DNA from: an uncultured Aquincola sp.
Lineage (GTDB): Bacteria; Pseudomonadota; Gammaproteobacteria; Burkholderiales; Burkholderiaceae_C
DNA length: 44,278 nucleotides
Assembly: GCF_964001545.1 (NCBI RefSeq)
Contig: NZ_CAXFDV010000667.1
Coordinates: forward strand, 1-44,278
Direction: 5' to 3'
Shown here piece by piece: positions 18,765 through 32,406 of this stretch (its first letter is position 1; each line of letters starts with the position of its first letter). Below the pieces are notes generated by a model that was not told the origin of the DNA, ran no database searches, and was given only the letters and a program-made list of their open reading frames with translations. The translations under genes were made by a program, and so were the position numbers.

Positions 18765-19475
18765 ATGCAACGAACGAGACACCGGCTGGCGACCGCACGA
18801 TGGCTGAGTACCGCCCTGGCGATGACCCTGACCTGTGCCACCGCCGCTGCGCAGCCCCAAAGCCCGGCGTCTTCGTCCGCGGGCATCTACACCTGCACCA
18901 CGCCTGACGGCCGGCGCTTCACGTCCGACCGCCCGATCCCGGCCTGCAACGGGCAGGAGCAGCGGGTGCTCAACAGCGATGGCTCGCTGCAACGCATCCA
19001 CCCGCCGTCGCTGACGCCCGAAGAGCGCGCGCTGCGCGAAGCGGCCGAGCGCCGCGCGCAGGCCGAACGTACCGCGCAGCTCGACGCGGTGCGTCGCGAC
19101 CGCAACCTGCTCAACCGCTACCCCGACGAAGCGGCCCACCGCAAGGCGCGCGAAGCGGCGCTGGACACGGTGCGCCTGGCCATCCGCGCCACCGACCAGC
19201 GCCTGAAGCGCCTGGCCGAAGAGCGCAAGCCGCTGCTGTCGGAAGCGGAGTTCTACCGCGACCGCACGCTGCCTGCGCTGCTGAAGCAGCAGCTGGACGC
19301 CAACGAGGCCGCGGCAGAAGCCCAGCGAACCGCCGCCCAGACGCAGGCCGCCGAGCTGGACCGCATCAACCGCAACTACGACCTGGAACTGAACCGCCTG
19401 CGCCGGCTGTGGGCCGGCGCGCCGGCCGGCTCGCTGGGCGGAGTGCCCACGCTGCCGGCCAGCGACACCCGCTGA
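18765..19475 (+). CDS. Exported DUF4124-like protein with coiled-coil
   Basis: Signal peptide, then IYTCTTPDGRRFTSDRPIPAC (DUF4124-like) and a helical charged C-terminus. Confidence 0.75.
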   Translation: MQRTRHRLATARWLSTALAMTLTCATAAAQPQSPASSSAGIYTCTTPDGRRFTSDRPIPACNGQEQRVLNSDGSLQRIHPPSLTPEERALREAAERRAQAERTAQLDAVRRDRNLLNRYPDEAAHRKAREAALDTVRLAIRATDQRLKRLAEERKPLLSEAEFYRDRTLPALLKQQLDANEAAAEAQRTAAQTQAAELDRINRNYDLELNRLRRLWAGAPAGSLGGVPTLPASDTR

Positions 19476-19496
19476 CCGCGACACCCGGCGCCGGCG

Positions 19497-20945
19497 TCAG
19501 GAACTGAGCTTCTTCTTCAGCAGCTCGGTGGCCTGGGCGGGATTGGCCTTGCCCTTGCTGGCCTTCATCACCTGGCCGACCAGCGCGTTGAAGGCCTTGT
19601 CCTTGCCGGCGCGGAACTCGTCCACCGACTTGGGGTTGGCGGCCAGTACCTCGGCGACGATGGCTTCCAGCGCGCCGGTGTCGTTCAGCTGCTTCAGGCC
19701 CTTGGCCTCGATCACCGCGTCGACGTCGGTCTCACCGGCCCACAGCGCCTCGAACACCTGGCGGGCACCGCTGTTCGACACCGTGCCATCGGTGATGCGG
19801 CCGATCAAGCGCGCCAGCGTGGCGGCCGGCACCGGGCAGTCGTCGATGGTCTTGCCTTCGGCATTGAGCCGGCGCGAGACCTCGCCCATCAGCCAGTTGG
19901 CCACCAGCTTCGGTTGCTGGCACGCATCCCGCGCGGTCTCGTAGAACCGGGCCAGCGCCAGGCTCTGCGTCATCATCGTCGCGTCGTAGGCGGGCAGGCC
20001 GTCGGCGGTCTGGAAGCGCTCGGCCATCTTGGCCGGCAGCTCGGGCATCTCGCCCTTCACCCGTTCCACCCACTCGGGCGCGATCACCAGCGGCGGCAGG
20101 TCGGGGTCGGGGAAGTAGCGGTAGTCGTGCGCGTCTTCCTTGGTGCGCATCGACCGCGTTTCGCCGGTGTCGGGGTTGAACAGCACCGTCGCCTGCACGA
20201 TGGGCAGGCCGTCCTCGATCTGGTCGATCTGCCACTGCACCTCGAAGTCGATCGCCTGCTGCAGGAAGCGGAAGCTGTTGAGGTTCTTGATCTCGCGCCG
20301 CGTGCCGAAGGGCTGGCCCGGCCGCCGCACCGAGACGTTGGCGTCGCAGCGGAAGCTGCCTTCTTGCATGTTGCCGTCGCAGATGCCCAGCCAGGTGACC
20401 AGGCCGTGCAGCGTGCGCGCGTACTCCACAGCCTCAGCCGACGAGCGCATCTCGGGCTCGGAGACGATTTCCAGCAGCGGCGTGCCCGCGCGGTTGAGGT
20501 CGATGCCGGTCTGGCCGTGGTAGTCCTCGTGCAGCGACTTGCCGGCGTCTTCTTCCAGGTGGGCGCGGGTCAGGTGCACCGTCTTGCGCTGCTCACCGAC
20601 GAAGAAGCTGATCTGCCCGCCCTGGACCACCGGTATCTCGTACTGGCTGATCTGGTAGCCCTTGGGCAGGTCGGGGTAGAAGTAGTTCTTGCGCGCGAAG
20701 ATGGACAGCGGCGCCACCTTGGCGCCCACGGCCAGGCCGAAGCGGATGGCCCGCTCGACCGCGCCGCGGTTCATCACCGGCAGCGTGCCGGGCAGCGCCA
20801 GGTCGACGGCGCAGGCCTGGGTGTTGGGCGCGGCGCCGAACTGCGTGCTGGCGCCGCTGAAGATCTTGCTCTGGGTGGAAAGCTGCGCGTGCGTCTCCAG
20901 GCCGATGACGACCTCGTAGCCGCGGATCAGGGATGCTGTGGACAT
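19497..20945 (-). CDS. gatB: Asp/Glu-tRNA amidotransferase subunit B
   Basis: Motifs [44 protein letters not shown] and [10 protein letters not shown]. Confidence 0.97.
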   Translation of the reverse strand: MSTASLIRGYEVVIGLETHAQLSTQSKIFSGASTQFGAAPNTQACAVDLALPGTLPVMNRGAVERAIRFGLAVGAKVAPLSIFARKNYFYPDLPKGYQISQYEIPVVQGGQISFFVGEQRKTVHLTRAHLEEDAGKSLHEDYHGQTGIDLNRAGTPLLEIVSEPEMRSSAEAVEYARTLHGLVTWLGICDGNMQEGSFRCDANVSVRRPGQPFGTRREIKNLNSFRFLQQAIDFEVQWQIDQIEDGLPIVQATVLFNPDTGETRSMRTKEDAHDYRYFPDPDLPPLVIAPEWVERVKGEMPELPAKMAERFQTADGLPAYDATMMTQSLALARFYETARDACQQPKLVANWLMGEVSRRLNAEGKTIDDCPVPAATLARLIGRITDGTVSNSGARQVFEALWAGETDVDAVIEAKGLKQLNDTGALEAIVAEVLAANPKSVDEFRAGKDKAFNALVGQVMKASKGKANPAQATELLKKKLSS

Positions 20946-20959
20946 GGGGTGGCCCGGTT

Positions 20960-22470
<1,511 letters not shown>

Positions 22471-22474
<4 letters not shown>

Positions 22475-22770
22475 TCGATCACCTTGGGCACGAGGAAGAG
22501 GCCGTCCTGCACGGCGGGCGCGCTGCGCTGGTTGGCCTCGCGGTCCTCGGCTTCGGTCACGGCGTCTTCGCGCAGCCGCAGCTGCACCGCCTGCACAGCG
22601 GACAGCGGCGTGTACAGCGGCTCGATGCCGCTGGTGTCCACGGCGCTCATGCGTTCGACGATGCCGAAGAAACCGTTGAGCTGGTCCAGCAGCTCGGAAC
22701 GGGCTTCGGGCTTGAGTTCCAGGCGCGCCAGATGCGCGATCCGGCTCACGTCCTCGGGGGTCAGGGCCAT
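22471..22770 (-). CDS. gatC: Amidotransferase subunit C
   Basis: [17 protein letters not shown]...LREDAVT...FLVPKVIE; 99 aa. Confidence 0.95.
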
Positions 22771-23111
22771 CGGTCGGGGCTTGTCGGGGTTGTCGCCGGG
22801 CGGGTAAAGCTGGCTGCGAAACGCAGTGCCAAACCACCAGAAGGCGGGGGTTGATGGGGTATTATCGCCCGTTCCCCACAAGGCCTACGGCCCGTCAGAC
22901 GTGTTTGCCCCGCGCAGGCACGCCAGCTGGCCGTACCCGGGCGCACCGGGTGCCGGGCCGCTTGTGACGGGGCCAGACTTTCCCGTGCCGCCCTGCCCCG
23001 AGCGGGCCCGGCGCCACGACCTCCGAACGAACAACACTCCATCTTGATGCGCCAGCCGCTGCAGCGATGCGTCCCGGGCCCGGTGGTCCGGTCGATGCGC
23101 GCGACCGCTGA

Positions 23112-24176
<1,065 letters not shown>

Positions 24177-24197
24177 TCCGGGTCTTCTTCCACCGCG

Positions 24198-24229
24198 GGC
24201 CGGCGCGTGCAAGACGTGGCCGGCCTTTC
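24198..24229 (+). terminator. Possible stem-loop / weak terminator between mreB and mreC
   Basis: GGCCGGC...GCCGGCC stem followed by TTTC (short U tract). Confidence 0.4.
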
Positions 24230-24265
24230 GTCATCTGAGCCGCCGCCGAGCCCCGAGCCGACACC

Positions 24266-25180
24266 ATGCAGCTGGGCACCCTAGACCGCACACCGCCGCC
24301 CTTCTTCCGGCAGGGCGTGTCCGCGCTCACCAAGCTGCTGTTCTTCGCGGCGCTGGCCGTTTTTCTGATGGTGGCCGACGGCCGCTTCCAGCTGGTGGTG
24401 GGCGCACGGGCGGTGCTGGCCACCGTGCTGCTGCCGGTGGAACGGGCGCTGATGGTGCCGCGCGAGATGCTGGCCGGTGGCCGCGACTACCTGCAGGGCA
24501 TCGCCCAGGCGCGCGCGGCCGAGAACGCCGCCCGCATCGAGATGGTGCGCCAGGCCGAGCGGGTGTCGCAGGTGGCGCTGCTGGAGCGCGAGAACAAGCG
24601 CCTGCGTGCGTTGCTGGAACTGCGCCCGGCCGTGACCGTGCGCTCCACCCCGGCCGAGGTCATGTACGAGGCGGCCGACCCCTTCTCGCGCAAGGTGTTC
24701 ATCGACCGCGGTGAGCGCCAGGGCATCGTGCTGGGCTCGCCGGTGATCAACGAAGGCGGCGTGATGGGCCAGGTGACGCGCCTGTATCCGCTGACGGCCG
24801 AGGTCACGCTGCTCACCGACAAGGACGCCGCCATTCCGGTGCTCAACACCCGCACCCAGCAGCGCAGCGCCGCCTTCGGCGGCCCCGGCGCCACGGTGGA
24901 ACTGCGCTTCATGGCCGCCAACTCCGACGTGAAGGTGGGCGACGTGCTCACCACCTCGGGCGTGGACGGCGTGTACCCGGCCGGCCTGCCGGTGGCCACG
25001 GTGGCGGTGGTGGAGCGGCAGTCCGAAGCCGGCTTCGCGCGCATCGTGCTCAAGCCCGCGGCGGTGCTGGACGGCGTGCGCCATGTGATGGTGCTGGAGC
25101 CCCTGAGCGCCCAGCTGCCACCGCCCCCCGCGCCCGATCCGGCGCCCGCGGTCGATCCCCGGAGCAAGCGCAAGCCATGA
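24266..25180 (+). CDS. mreC: Rod shape-determining protein MreC
   Basis: TM helix, coiled coil ENKRLRALL, and GDVLTTSGVDGVYPAGLPVA. Confidence 0.95.
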   Translation: MQLGTLDRTPPPFFRQGVSALTKLLFFAALAVFLMVADGRFQLVVGARAVLATVLLPVERALMVPREMLAGGRDYLQGIAQARAAENAARIEMVRQAERVSQVALLERENKRLRALLELRPAVTVRSTPAEVMYEAADPFSRKVFIDRGERQGIVLGSPVINEGGVMGQVTRLYPLTAEVTLLTDKDAAIPVLNTRTQQRSAAFGGPGATVELRFMAANSDVKVGDVLTTSGVDGVYPAGLPVATVAVVERQSEAGFARIVLKPAAVLDGVRHVMVLEPLSAQLPPPPAPDPAPAVDPRSKRKP

Positions 25181-25698
25181 TCATGCCCCGCGGCTCGGAC
25201 CAGCTGCTGCTGCCGGCCAACCCCTTCTTCGTCTGGTTCACGCTGCTGTTCGCGCTGGTGTTCAACCTGCTGCCGTTCGGCCGCGAACCCGCGGTGCCCG
25301 ACCTGCTGGCCCTGGTGCTGGTGTTCTGGAACGTGCACCAGCCGCGCCGCGTGGGCGTGGGCGTGGCCTTCTTCTTCGGCCTGCTGATGGACGTGCACGA
25401 AGCCGCGCTGCTGGGCCAGCATGCGCTGGCCTACACGCTGCTGTCGTTCTTCGCCATCACCATCCACCGGCGGCTGCGCTGGTTCGGCCTGCCGGCGCAG
25501 GCGCTGCATGTGCTGCCGCTGTTCGCGGCGGCGCATCTGGTGTCCATCGTCGTGCGGCTGGCGGCCGGCGGCATGCTGCCGGGCTGGCCCATCCTGTGGG
25601 CGCCGGTGCTCGAATCGGCCTTGTGGCTGCCGGCGACATGGCTGCTGCTGGCGCCGCAGCGCCGCGCCCCCGATCCGGACGAGAATCGGCCGCTGTGA
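25177..25698 (+). CDS. mreD: Rod shape-determining protein MreD
   Basis: Hydrophobic, with PDLLALVLVFW and GLLMDV..LGQHAL; expected position in the operon. Confidence 0.93.
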   Translation: MIMPRGSDQLLLPANPFFVWFTLLFALVFNLLPFGREPAVPDLLALVLVFWNVHQPRRVGVGVAFFFGLLMDVHEAALLGQHALAYTLLSFFAITIHRRLRWFGLPAQALHVLPLFAAAHLVSIVVRLAAGGMLPGWPILWAPVLESALWLPATWLLLAPQRRAPDPDENRPL

Positions 25699-27812
25699 CC
25701 GAGATCAAGAACCTCGAACGCGAGATCAGCCGCTTTCGCGGCCGGCTGGTGGCGGCTGGCTTGTTCGTGCTGCTGGGCTTCGGGCTCATCGCCACGCGCA
25801 TGGTCTACCTGCAGATCTATCGGCACGAAGAGCTGGCCACGCGGGCCGAGGCCAACCGCATCGCGGTATTGCCCGTGGTGCCCAACCGCGGGCTCATCGT
25901 CGACCGCAACGGCGTGGTGCTGGCCACCAACTACTCGGCCTACACGCTGGAGATCACGCCGTCCAAGGCCGGCGACCTGGAAGCCACGATCGATGCGCTG
26001 TCGCACCTGGTCGAGATCCAGCAGCGTGACCGCCGCCGCTTCAAGCGGCTGATGGACGAGAGCAAGAGCTTCGAGTCGCTGCCCATCCGCACCAAGCTGA
26101 CAGATGCCGAGGTGGCCCGCTTCATGGCGCAGCGCTTCCGCTTCCCGGGCGTGGACGTGCGGGCGCGGCTGTTCCGCAATTACCCGCTGGGCGACGTCGG
26201 CGCCCACGTCATCGGCTACATCGGCCGCATCAACCAGGCCGAGAAAAAGGCCATGGAAGACTGGGACGAAGACGTCCAGGCCAACTACCGTGGCACCGAG
26301 GTGATCGGCAAGCTGGGCGTCGAGCAGAGCTACGAGCGCGAGCTGCACGGCCAGACCGGCTTCGAAGAAGTGGAAACCAGTGCCGGCGGCCGCGCGGTGC
26401 GGCGCCTCAAGACCCACCCTTCCACGCCCGGCAACACGCTGGTGCTGTCGATCGACATCAAGCTGCAGGCGCTGGTCGAGCAGATGTTCGGCGACCGCCG
26501 CGGCGCGCTGGTGGCCATCGACCCGCGCAACGGCGAGGTGCTGGCCTTCGTCAGCAAGCCCACGTTCGACCCCAACCTGTTCGTCGACGGCATCGACTAC
26601 GACAGCTGGAAGGAGCTGAACGAATCCATCGACCGCCCGCTGCTCAACCGCGCGCTGCGGGGCACCTACCCGCCGGGCTCCACGTTCAAGCCCTTCATGG
26701 CGCTGGCGGCGTTGAACACCGGCAAGCGCAGCCCCAGCCTGGTGATCCAGGACAACGGCAGCTTCGTGTTCGGCAATCACACCTTCCGCAGTCACGGCGA
26801 CAAGGGCCTGGGGCCGGTGGACATGTACCGGTCCATCGTCAAGTCCAGCAACGTCTACTACTACTCGCTGGCCAACGAGATGGGCGTGGACCTGATGCAT
26901 GAGCAGCTGTCGCCGCTGGGCTTCGGCCGTCGCACCGGCATCGACCTGGAAGCCGAAGGCACCGGCCTTCTGCCCTCCACCGCCTGGAAGAAAAAGGCCT
27001 ACAAGCGGCCCGAGCAGCAGAAGTGGTTCTCCGGCGAGACCATCTCGCTGGGCATCGGCCAGGGCTACAACAACTTCACCATGCTGCAGGTGGCCAGCGC
27101 CACCGCCACGCTGGTGGCCGGCGGCCAGCGCTTCGAGCCGCGGCTGGTGCGCGAGGTCGAGAACGTGGTCACCCACGAAAAGCGCCGCGTCTCGGGCCAG
27201 CCGCTGGCCCCGCTGCCCTACAAGCCCGAGCACATTGCGCTGGTGCTGCGCGCGCTGCATGGCGTGACGCAGGAAGGCACCTCCACCCCGGTGTTTGCCG
27301 GCGCGCCCTACAAGACCGGCGGCAAGACCGGCACCGCGCAGGCCGTGGGCGTGCGGGCCAACGAGAAGTACAACGCCGCCAAGCTCAGCGAATACCAGCG
27401 CGACCACTCGGTGTACATGGCCTTCGCGCCGCTCGAGAACCCCACCATCGCGCTGGCGGTGATCGTCGAGAACGCCGGCTGGGGCGCCGCCGCGGCCGCG
27501 CCCATCGCGCGCCGGGTGTTCGACTACAGCCTGCTGGGCCTGTGGCCCAGCGACGAGGACATGGCCGCCACCCAGCAGGGCAAGTCGGTGGCGCCCATGG
27601 GCACGCCGCGCCGCGCGTCCGACGTGCCGCTGCCGGGCGGCCTGGCGATGGCGGGCCTGCCGGGCATCGCGCTGGACGTGGGCAGCGAGCGCGGTGCGCC
27701 GTCGCCCATGCCCTCGGTGCCCGAAGGGCCGGTCGCGCCGGCGCCGGTGCCGGCCTCGGGCCCGCAACAACTGGCACAGGCGGCGGTGGCCGCACAACGG
27801 GGGGCCCGATGA
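25695..27812 (+). CDS. mrdA: Penicillin-binding protein 2
   Basis: Motifs RGLIVDRNG, STFK (SxxK), SSN (SxN) and KTGTAQ; GTGA overlap with mreD. Confidence 0.95.
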   Translation: MTEIKNLEREISRFRGRLVAAGLFVLLGFGLIATRMVYLQIYRHEELATRAEANRIAVLPVVPNRGLIVDRNGVVLATNYSAYTLEITPSKAGDLEATIDALSHLVEIQQRDRRRFKRLMDESKSFESLPIRTKLTDAEVARFMAQRFRFPGVDVRARLFRNYPLGDVGAHVIGYIGRINQAEKKAMEDWDEDVQANYRGTEVIGKLGVEQSYERELHGQTGFEEVETSAGGRAVRRLKTHPSTPGNTLVLSIDIKLQALVEQMFGDRRGALVAIDPRNGEVLAFVSKPTFDPNLFVDGIDYDSWKELNESIDRPLLNRALRGTYPPGSTFKPFMALAALNTGKRSPSLVIQDNGSFVFGNHTFRSHGDKGLGPVDMYRSIVKSSNVYYYSLANEMGVDLMHEQLSPLGFGRRTGIDLEAEGTGLLPSTAWKKKAYKRPEQQKWFSGETISLGIGQGYNNFTMLQVASATATLVAGGQRFEPRLVREVENVVTHEKRRVSGQPLAPLPYKPEHIALVLRALHGVTQEGTSTPVFAGAPYKTGGKTGTAQAVGVRANEKYNAAKLSEYQRDHSVYMAFAPLENPTIALAVIVENAGWGAAAAAPIARRVFDYSLLGLWPSDEDMAATQQGKSVAPMGTPRRASDVPLPGGLAMAGLPGIALDVGSERGAPSPMPSVPEGPVAPAPVPASGPQQLAQAAVAAQRGAR

Positions 27813-28963
27813 GCGCGGTGATCGAACGCCCCTCGCTGTGGCTGCGGCTGCGGCCGCTGTTCGTGGGCTACGACTACTGGCTGATCGTGGCCATCCTGCT
27901 GCTGGCGGGCGCGGGCCTGGTCACCATGTATTCGGCCGGCTTCGACCACGGCACCCGCTTCGTGGACCATGGCCGCAACATGATGCTGGGCGTGGCCGTG
28001 CTGCTGCTGGTGGCGCAGGTGCCGCCGCAGCGCCTGATGATGCTGGCGGTGCCCGTCTACACCGTGGGCGTGGCACTGCTGGTGGCCACCGCGGTGTTCG
28101 GCATCACCAAGAAGGGCGCCACCCGCTGGCTGGACGTGGGCATCGTGGTGCAGCCCAGCGAGATCCTGAAGATTGGCATGCCGCTGATGATGGCCTGGTG
28201 GTTCCAGAAGCGTGAAGGCCAGCTGCGCGCGCTGGACTTCGCGGTCGGCGGGCTCATCCTGGCCATTCCGGTGGGGCTGGTGATGAAGCAGCCCGACCTG
28301 GGCACGGCCATCCTCATCCTGTCGGGCGGGCTGTACGTGATGTTCTTTGCCGGGCTGAGCTGGAAGCTCATCCTGCCGGTGCTGCTGGTGGGGGCTGCGG
28401 CGGTCACCGCGCTGGTGCTGTCGGAAGACGCCATCTGCCAGCCCGACGTGGTGTGGCCGGTGCTGCGCGAGTACCAGAAGCACCGGGTGTGCACGCTGCT
28501 GGACCCCACGCAGGACCCGCTGGGCAAGGGCTTCCACATCATCCAGGGGATGATCGCCATCGGCTCGGGCGGCATCCATGGCAAGGGCTTCATGAACGGC
28601 ACCCAGACCCACCTGGAGTTCATCCCCGAGCGCACCACCGACTTCATCTTCGCCGCCTTCAGCGAAGAGTTCGGTCTGGCCGGCGTGGCGGGTTTGCTGG
28701 TGGGATTCACCTTCCTGCTGTTCCGCGGCCTGATGATCGCGGCCGAAGCGCCCACCATGTTCGCCCGCCTGCTGGCTGGCGCGCTGTCGCTCAGCATCTT
28801 CACCTACTGCTTCGTGAACATGGGCATGGTCAGCGGCATCCTGCCGGTGGTGGGCGTGCCGCTGCCCTTCATCAGCTACGGCGGCACCGCCATGGTCACG
28901 ATGGGGCTGGGGCTGGGCATGCTGATGTCCATCGCCAAGAGCCGGCGGTTGATGCAAAGCTAG
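27809..28963 (+). CDS. rodA: SEDS peptidoglycan polymerase RodA
   Basis: Motifs GATRWL, QPSEILK, QPDLGT, IAIGSGG, FIPERTTDFIF and GVPLPFISYGGT. Confidence 0.96.
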   Translation: MSAVIERPSLWLRLRPLFVGYDYWLIVAILLLAGAGLVTMYSAGFDHGTRFVDHGRNMMLGVAVLLLVAQVPPQRLMMLAVPVYTVGVALLVATAVFGITKKGATRWLDVGIVVQPSEILKIGMPLMMAWWFQKREGQLRALDFAVGGLILAIPVGLVMKQPDLGTAILILSGGLYVMFFAGLSWKLILPVLLVGAAAVTALVLSEDAICQPDVVWPVLREYQKHRVCTLLDPTQDPLGKGFHIIQGMIAIGSGGIHGKGFMNGTQTHLEFIPERTTDFIFAAFSEEFGLAGVAGLLVGFTFLLFRGLMIAAEAPTMFARLLAGALSLSIFTYCFVNMGMVSGILPVVGVPLPFISYGGTAMVTMGLGLGMLMSIAKSRRLMQS

Positions 28964-28974
28964 CTGGAGCACCC

Positions 28975-29046
28975 GGCGCTCCTGCGGAGCGCCACCCTCC
29001 GAGAGGGTGCCGAGGCCGCTTGGGAGCGGCCCGGCGCTGGCCTCGG
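28975..29046. repeat. Structured intergenic element (REP-like), copy 2
   Basis: GGCGCTCC-TGC-GGAGCGCC, ACCCTC-CGA-GAGGGT, and CCGAGGCC/GGCCTCGG enclosing CTTGGGAGCGGCCCGGCGC. Lies between the convergent rodA and kinase genes. Confidence 0.7.
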
Positions 29047-29055
29047 CCGGCCCCA

Positions 29056-30510
29056 CTAAGGAGCCACGGGGAAGCGCACGGTGAAGCGGGTGCCCGGCGG
29101 CGTGCTGCGCGGGTGGGCGTCTTCCACCGCCACCACCGCGTTGTGCTGCAGCGCAATCTCGCGCACGATGGCCAGGCCCAGGCCGGAGCCATCCACGTTG
29201 GTGCCCAGCGCGCGGTAGAAGGCCTGGAACACCAGATCACGCTCGGCCTCGGGAATGCCGGGGCCGGTGTCTTCCACCTGCAGCACCACCACCTGGCCGA
29301 ACGGATCGGCCACGACACGCACCGTCACCGCGCCGCCTGAAGGCGTGTACTGCAGCGCGTTGTCCACCAGGTTGCGCACCAGCTCGCGCACCAGAACCGG
29401 CTGGCCCTGGATGCGGGCCGACGGGCCGCCGGCGTGCGCGTCCGGCCCTTCGTAGCCGAGGTCGATGCGCTTTTCCAGCGCACGCGGCACGAAGTCGCGC
29501 ACCGTCTCCACCGCCAGGCGCGGCAGGCTCACTTCCTGCGTCTTGCGCGCCTGTTCCTTGTCCTCGGCCCGGGCCATGGCCAGCAGCTGATTGACCATGT
29601 GCGCCGCCCGCTGGGTGGAGCGAGCGATCTGCTGCAGCGAGCGCTTGACCGAAGCCACGTCGCCGCCGCTGTCCAGCTCACGCTGGGCCAGCTCGGCCTG
29701 CATGCGCAGGCCGGCCAGCGGGGTTTTCAGCTGGTGGGCCGCATCGGCCAGGAAGTGCTTCTGCGCGCTGATCGACAGGTCCAGCCGCGCCAGCAGGTCG
29801 TTGATGGCGCGCACCAGCGGCGCCACCTCGTCGGGCGCATCGCGTTCTTCGATGGGCGACAGGTCATGGCTCTCACGTTCGCGGATGCGCCGCTGCAGCG
29901 CATTGAGGGGCGCCAGCCCGCGTGCCAGCGCCAGCCACACCAGCAGTACCGCCACGGGCAGGATGACGAACTGCGGCAGGATCACGCCGCGGAAGATCTC
30001 GGTGGCCAGGCGCGAGCGCTTGTCCAGCGTCGTGGCCACCTGCACCAGCGGCACGCTGTCCTTGGGCGCATTGGCATCGGACAGCCACATGTAGGCGATG
30101 CGCACCGGCTCGCTCAGCACCAGGTCGTCGCGAAAGCGCAGCTCGCCGGGGGCGGCGCGTTCTTCGTCGGGCACCGGCAGGTCGCGGTCGCCGGCCAGGA
30201 ACTCGCCGCGCAGGCCCAGCACCTGGTAGAAGACCTGGTCGCTGTCGTCGCTGCGCAGGATCTCGGCCGCGGCCTCGGGGATCTTCACCTTGACCAGCGG
30301 CGCGACGAACTCGCTGCTCTCCACCGACACCCGGCGCGCGACCGTGCGCGCCAGTTCGCCCAGCTCGCGGTCGTAGGGCCGGTTGGCAATGCCTTGCGCC
30401 ACCAGCCAGGTGAGCGCGACGCTGATCGGCCACAGCAGCAGCAGCGGCGCCAGCATCCAGTCGAGGATCTCGCCGAACAGCGAGCGCTGTTCGCGCAGGG
30501 AGCCGGGCAT
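29056..30510 (-). CDS. Sensor histidine kinase (TctE/QseC-like)
   Basis: Two TM helices, H-box FLADAAHQLKTPL, N-box NLVDNALQY, and G boxes DTGPGI and GSGLGLAI. Confidence 0.92.
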   Translation of the reverse strand: MPGSLREQRSLFGEILDWMLAPLLLLWPISVALTWLVAQGIANRPYDRELGELARTVARRVSVESSEFVAPLVKVKIPEAAAEILRSDDSDQVFYQVLGLRGEFLAGDRDLPVPDEERAAPGELRFRDDLVLSEPVRIAYMWLSDANAPKDSVPLVQVATTLDKRSRLATEIFRGVILPQFVILPVAVLLVWLALARGLAPLNALQRRIRERESHDLSPIEERDAPDEVAPLVRAINDLLARLDLSISAQKHFLADAAHQLKTPLAGLRMQAELAQRELDSGGDVASVKRSLQQIARSTQRAAHMVNQLLAMARAEDKEQARKTQEVSLPRLAVETVRDFVPRALEKRIDLGYEGPDAHAGGPSARIQGQPVLVRELVRNLVDNALQYTPSGGAVTVRVVADPFGQVVVLQVEDTGPGIPEAERDLVFQAFYRALGTNVDGSGLGLAIVREIALQHNAVVAVEDAHPRSTPPGTRFTVRFPVAP

Positions 30511-30543
30511 GCGGTCGATCGCCTCCGTCAGCCGGCGTGGCCG

Positions 30544-31215
30544 TCAGCCCGGGATCTTCTCGAGGCAGTAGCCCAGCCCGCGCACCGTGGCGATGCGCAC
30601 CGGCCCCTGCTCGATCTTCTTGCGCAGGCGGTGGATGTATACCTCGATGGCGTTGTTGCTGACTTCTTCGCCCCATTCGCACAGGCGCTCGACCAGCTGG
30701 TCCTTGCTCACCAGCCGGCCGGCGCGCTGCAGCAGCACTTCCAGCAGCGACAACTCGCGCGCCGACAGGTCGACCATCTGGTCATTCAGGTAGGCCACGC
30801 GGCCGGTGGCGTCGAAGCTGAGCGGCCCGTGCTTGATGACGGTGGACGCCGACCCCAGCCCGCGGCGGGTGAGCGCCCTCACCCGTGCCTCCAGCTCGGC
30901 CAGCGAAAACGGCTTGGCCATGTAGTCGTCAGCGCCCAGGTCCAGGCCCTTGACGCGCTGCTCCACGCTGTCAGCCGCGGTGAGGATGAGCACCGGCACG
31001 CTGGAGCCACGGGCGCGCAGGCGGCGCAGCACCTCCAGCCCGTGCAGTTTGGGCAGCCCCAGGTCGAGGATGAGCAGGTCGAATTCGTGCGCGGCCAGCG
31101 CGGCGTCGGCTTCGCTGCCGCTGCCGACCTGATCGACCGCATAGCCCGTGTTGCGCAGCGAGCGGATCAAACCATCGGCCAGCACCTGATCGTCCTCGGC
31201 AATGAGAATGCGCAC
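30544..31215 (-). CDS. OmpR-family response regulator (TctD/QseB-like)
   Basis: Motifs [24 protein letters not shown] and winged helix [21 protein letters not shown] 31215 has AGGAG upstream. Confidence 0.93.
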   Translation of the reverse strand: MRILIAEDDQVLADGLIRSLRNTGYAVDQVGSGSEADAALAAHEFDLLILDLGLPKLHGLEVLRRLRARGSSVPVLILTAADSVEQRVKGLDLGADDYMAKPFSLAELEARVRALTRRGLGSASTVIKHGPLSFDATGRVAYLNDQMVDLSARELSLLEVLLQRAGRLVSKDQLVERLCEWGEEVSNNAIEVYIHRLRKKIEQGPVRIATVRGLGYCLEKIPG

Positions 31216-31281
31216 GGCTTTGTCTCCTGTATCACTCGATTCTAGGTATGCCATCTCCCGCCAACGGGGGCTTTATCAGTA

Positions 31282-31297
31282 CTGTACGAATATCCAG
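31282..31297 (+). promoter_or_regulatory. LexA (SOS) box upstream of recA
   Basis: CTGTACGAATATCCAG fits CTG-N10-CAG, followed by a -10-like TATCAT at 31305-31310. Confidence 0.85.
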
Positions 31298-31333
31298 CTT
31301 CGGGTATCATCGCGGCATTGCCCGGAGAACGCC

Positions 31334-32398
31334 ATGGACGCACCCGTCAAAGCTCTGAACACTGAAAAAGCCAAAGCCCTGCAAGCCGCACTCGCCCAGA
31401 TCGAGAAGCAATTCGGCAAGGGTTCCATCATGCGCCTGGGCGACGGCGAGGTGGTGGAAGACATCCAGGTCGTGTCCACCGGCTCCCTGGGCCTGGACAT
31501 CGCGCTGGGCGTCGGCGGCCTGCCCCGCGGCCGCGTGGTCGAGATCTACGGCCCTGAATCCTCGGGCAAGACCACGCTCACGCTGCAGGTCATCGCCGAG
31601 ATGCAAAAGCTCGGCGGCGTCTGCGCCTTCATCGACGCCGAACACGCGCTGGACGCGCAGTACGCGCAAAAGCTGGGCGTGAACCTGCAAGACCTGGTCA
31701 TCTCCCAGCCTGACACCGGCGAACAGGCGCTCGAAATCGTCGATGCGCTGGTGCGCTCCGGCTCCATCGACCTCATCGTGGTCGACTCGGTGGCCGCGCT
31801 CACGCCCAAGGCCGAACTGGAAGGTGAAATGGGCGACTCGCTGCCCGGCCTGCAGGCCCGGCTGATGAGCCAGGCCCTGCGCAAACTCACCGGCACGATC
31901 AAGAAGACCAACACCATGGTCATCTTCATCAACCAGATCCGCATGAAGATCGGCGTGATGTTCGGCAACCCCGAAACCACCACCGGCGGCAATGCGCTGA
32001 AGTTCTACGCCTCCGTCCGCCTCGACATCCGCCGCACCGGCAGCATCAAGAAGGGCGAAGAAGTCATTGGCAGCGAAACCAAGGTCAAGGTCGTCAAGAA
32101 CAAGGTCTCGCCTCCGTTCAAGACCGCCGAGTTCGACATCCTGTACGGTGAAGGCATCAGCCGCGAAGGCGAAATCATCGACATGGGCGTGGAGGCACGC
32201 ATCCTCGACAAGTCCGGCGCCTGGTACGCCTACAACGGCGAAAAGATCGGCCAGGGCAAGGACAACGCGCGCGAGTTCCTGCGCGAAAACGCCGACGTCG
32301 CCGTCGAGATCGAGAACAAGGTGCGTGAGGCGTTGGGCATCCCCCTGCTGCCCGGCAAGGCTGACGGCGCAGCACCGGCCGCGGCAGCCTCCAAGTAA
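31334..32398 (+). CDS. recA: Recombinase RecA
   Basis: Motifs [28 protein letters not shown] and GGNALKFY; GGAG RBS. Confidence 0.99.
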   Translation: MDAPVKALNTEKAKALQAALAQIEKQFGKGSIMRLGDGEVVEDIQVVSTGSLGLDIALGVGGLPRGRVVEIYGPESSGKTTLTLQVIAEMQKLGGVCAFIDAEHALDAQYAQKLGVNLQDLVISQPDTGEQALEIVDALVRSGSIDLIVVDSVAALTPKAELEGEMGDSLPGLQARLMSQALRKLTGTIKKTNTMVIFINQIRMKIGVMFGNPETTTGGNALKFYASVRLDIRRTGSIKKGEEVIGSETKVKVVKNKVSPPFKTAEFDILYGEGISREGEIIDMGVEARILDKSGAWYAYNGEKIGQGKDNAREFLRENADVAVEIENKVREALGIPLLPGKADGAAPAAAASK

Positions 32399-32406
32399 GC
32401 CGCAGC

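Noticed and set aside
27560-27812. Pro/Ala-rich C-terminal tail of PBP2 as a separate domain
   Set aside because: Low-complexity tail with no motif; likely a disordered extension.
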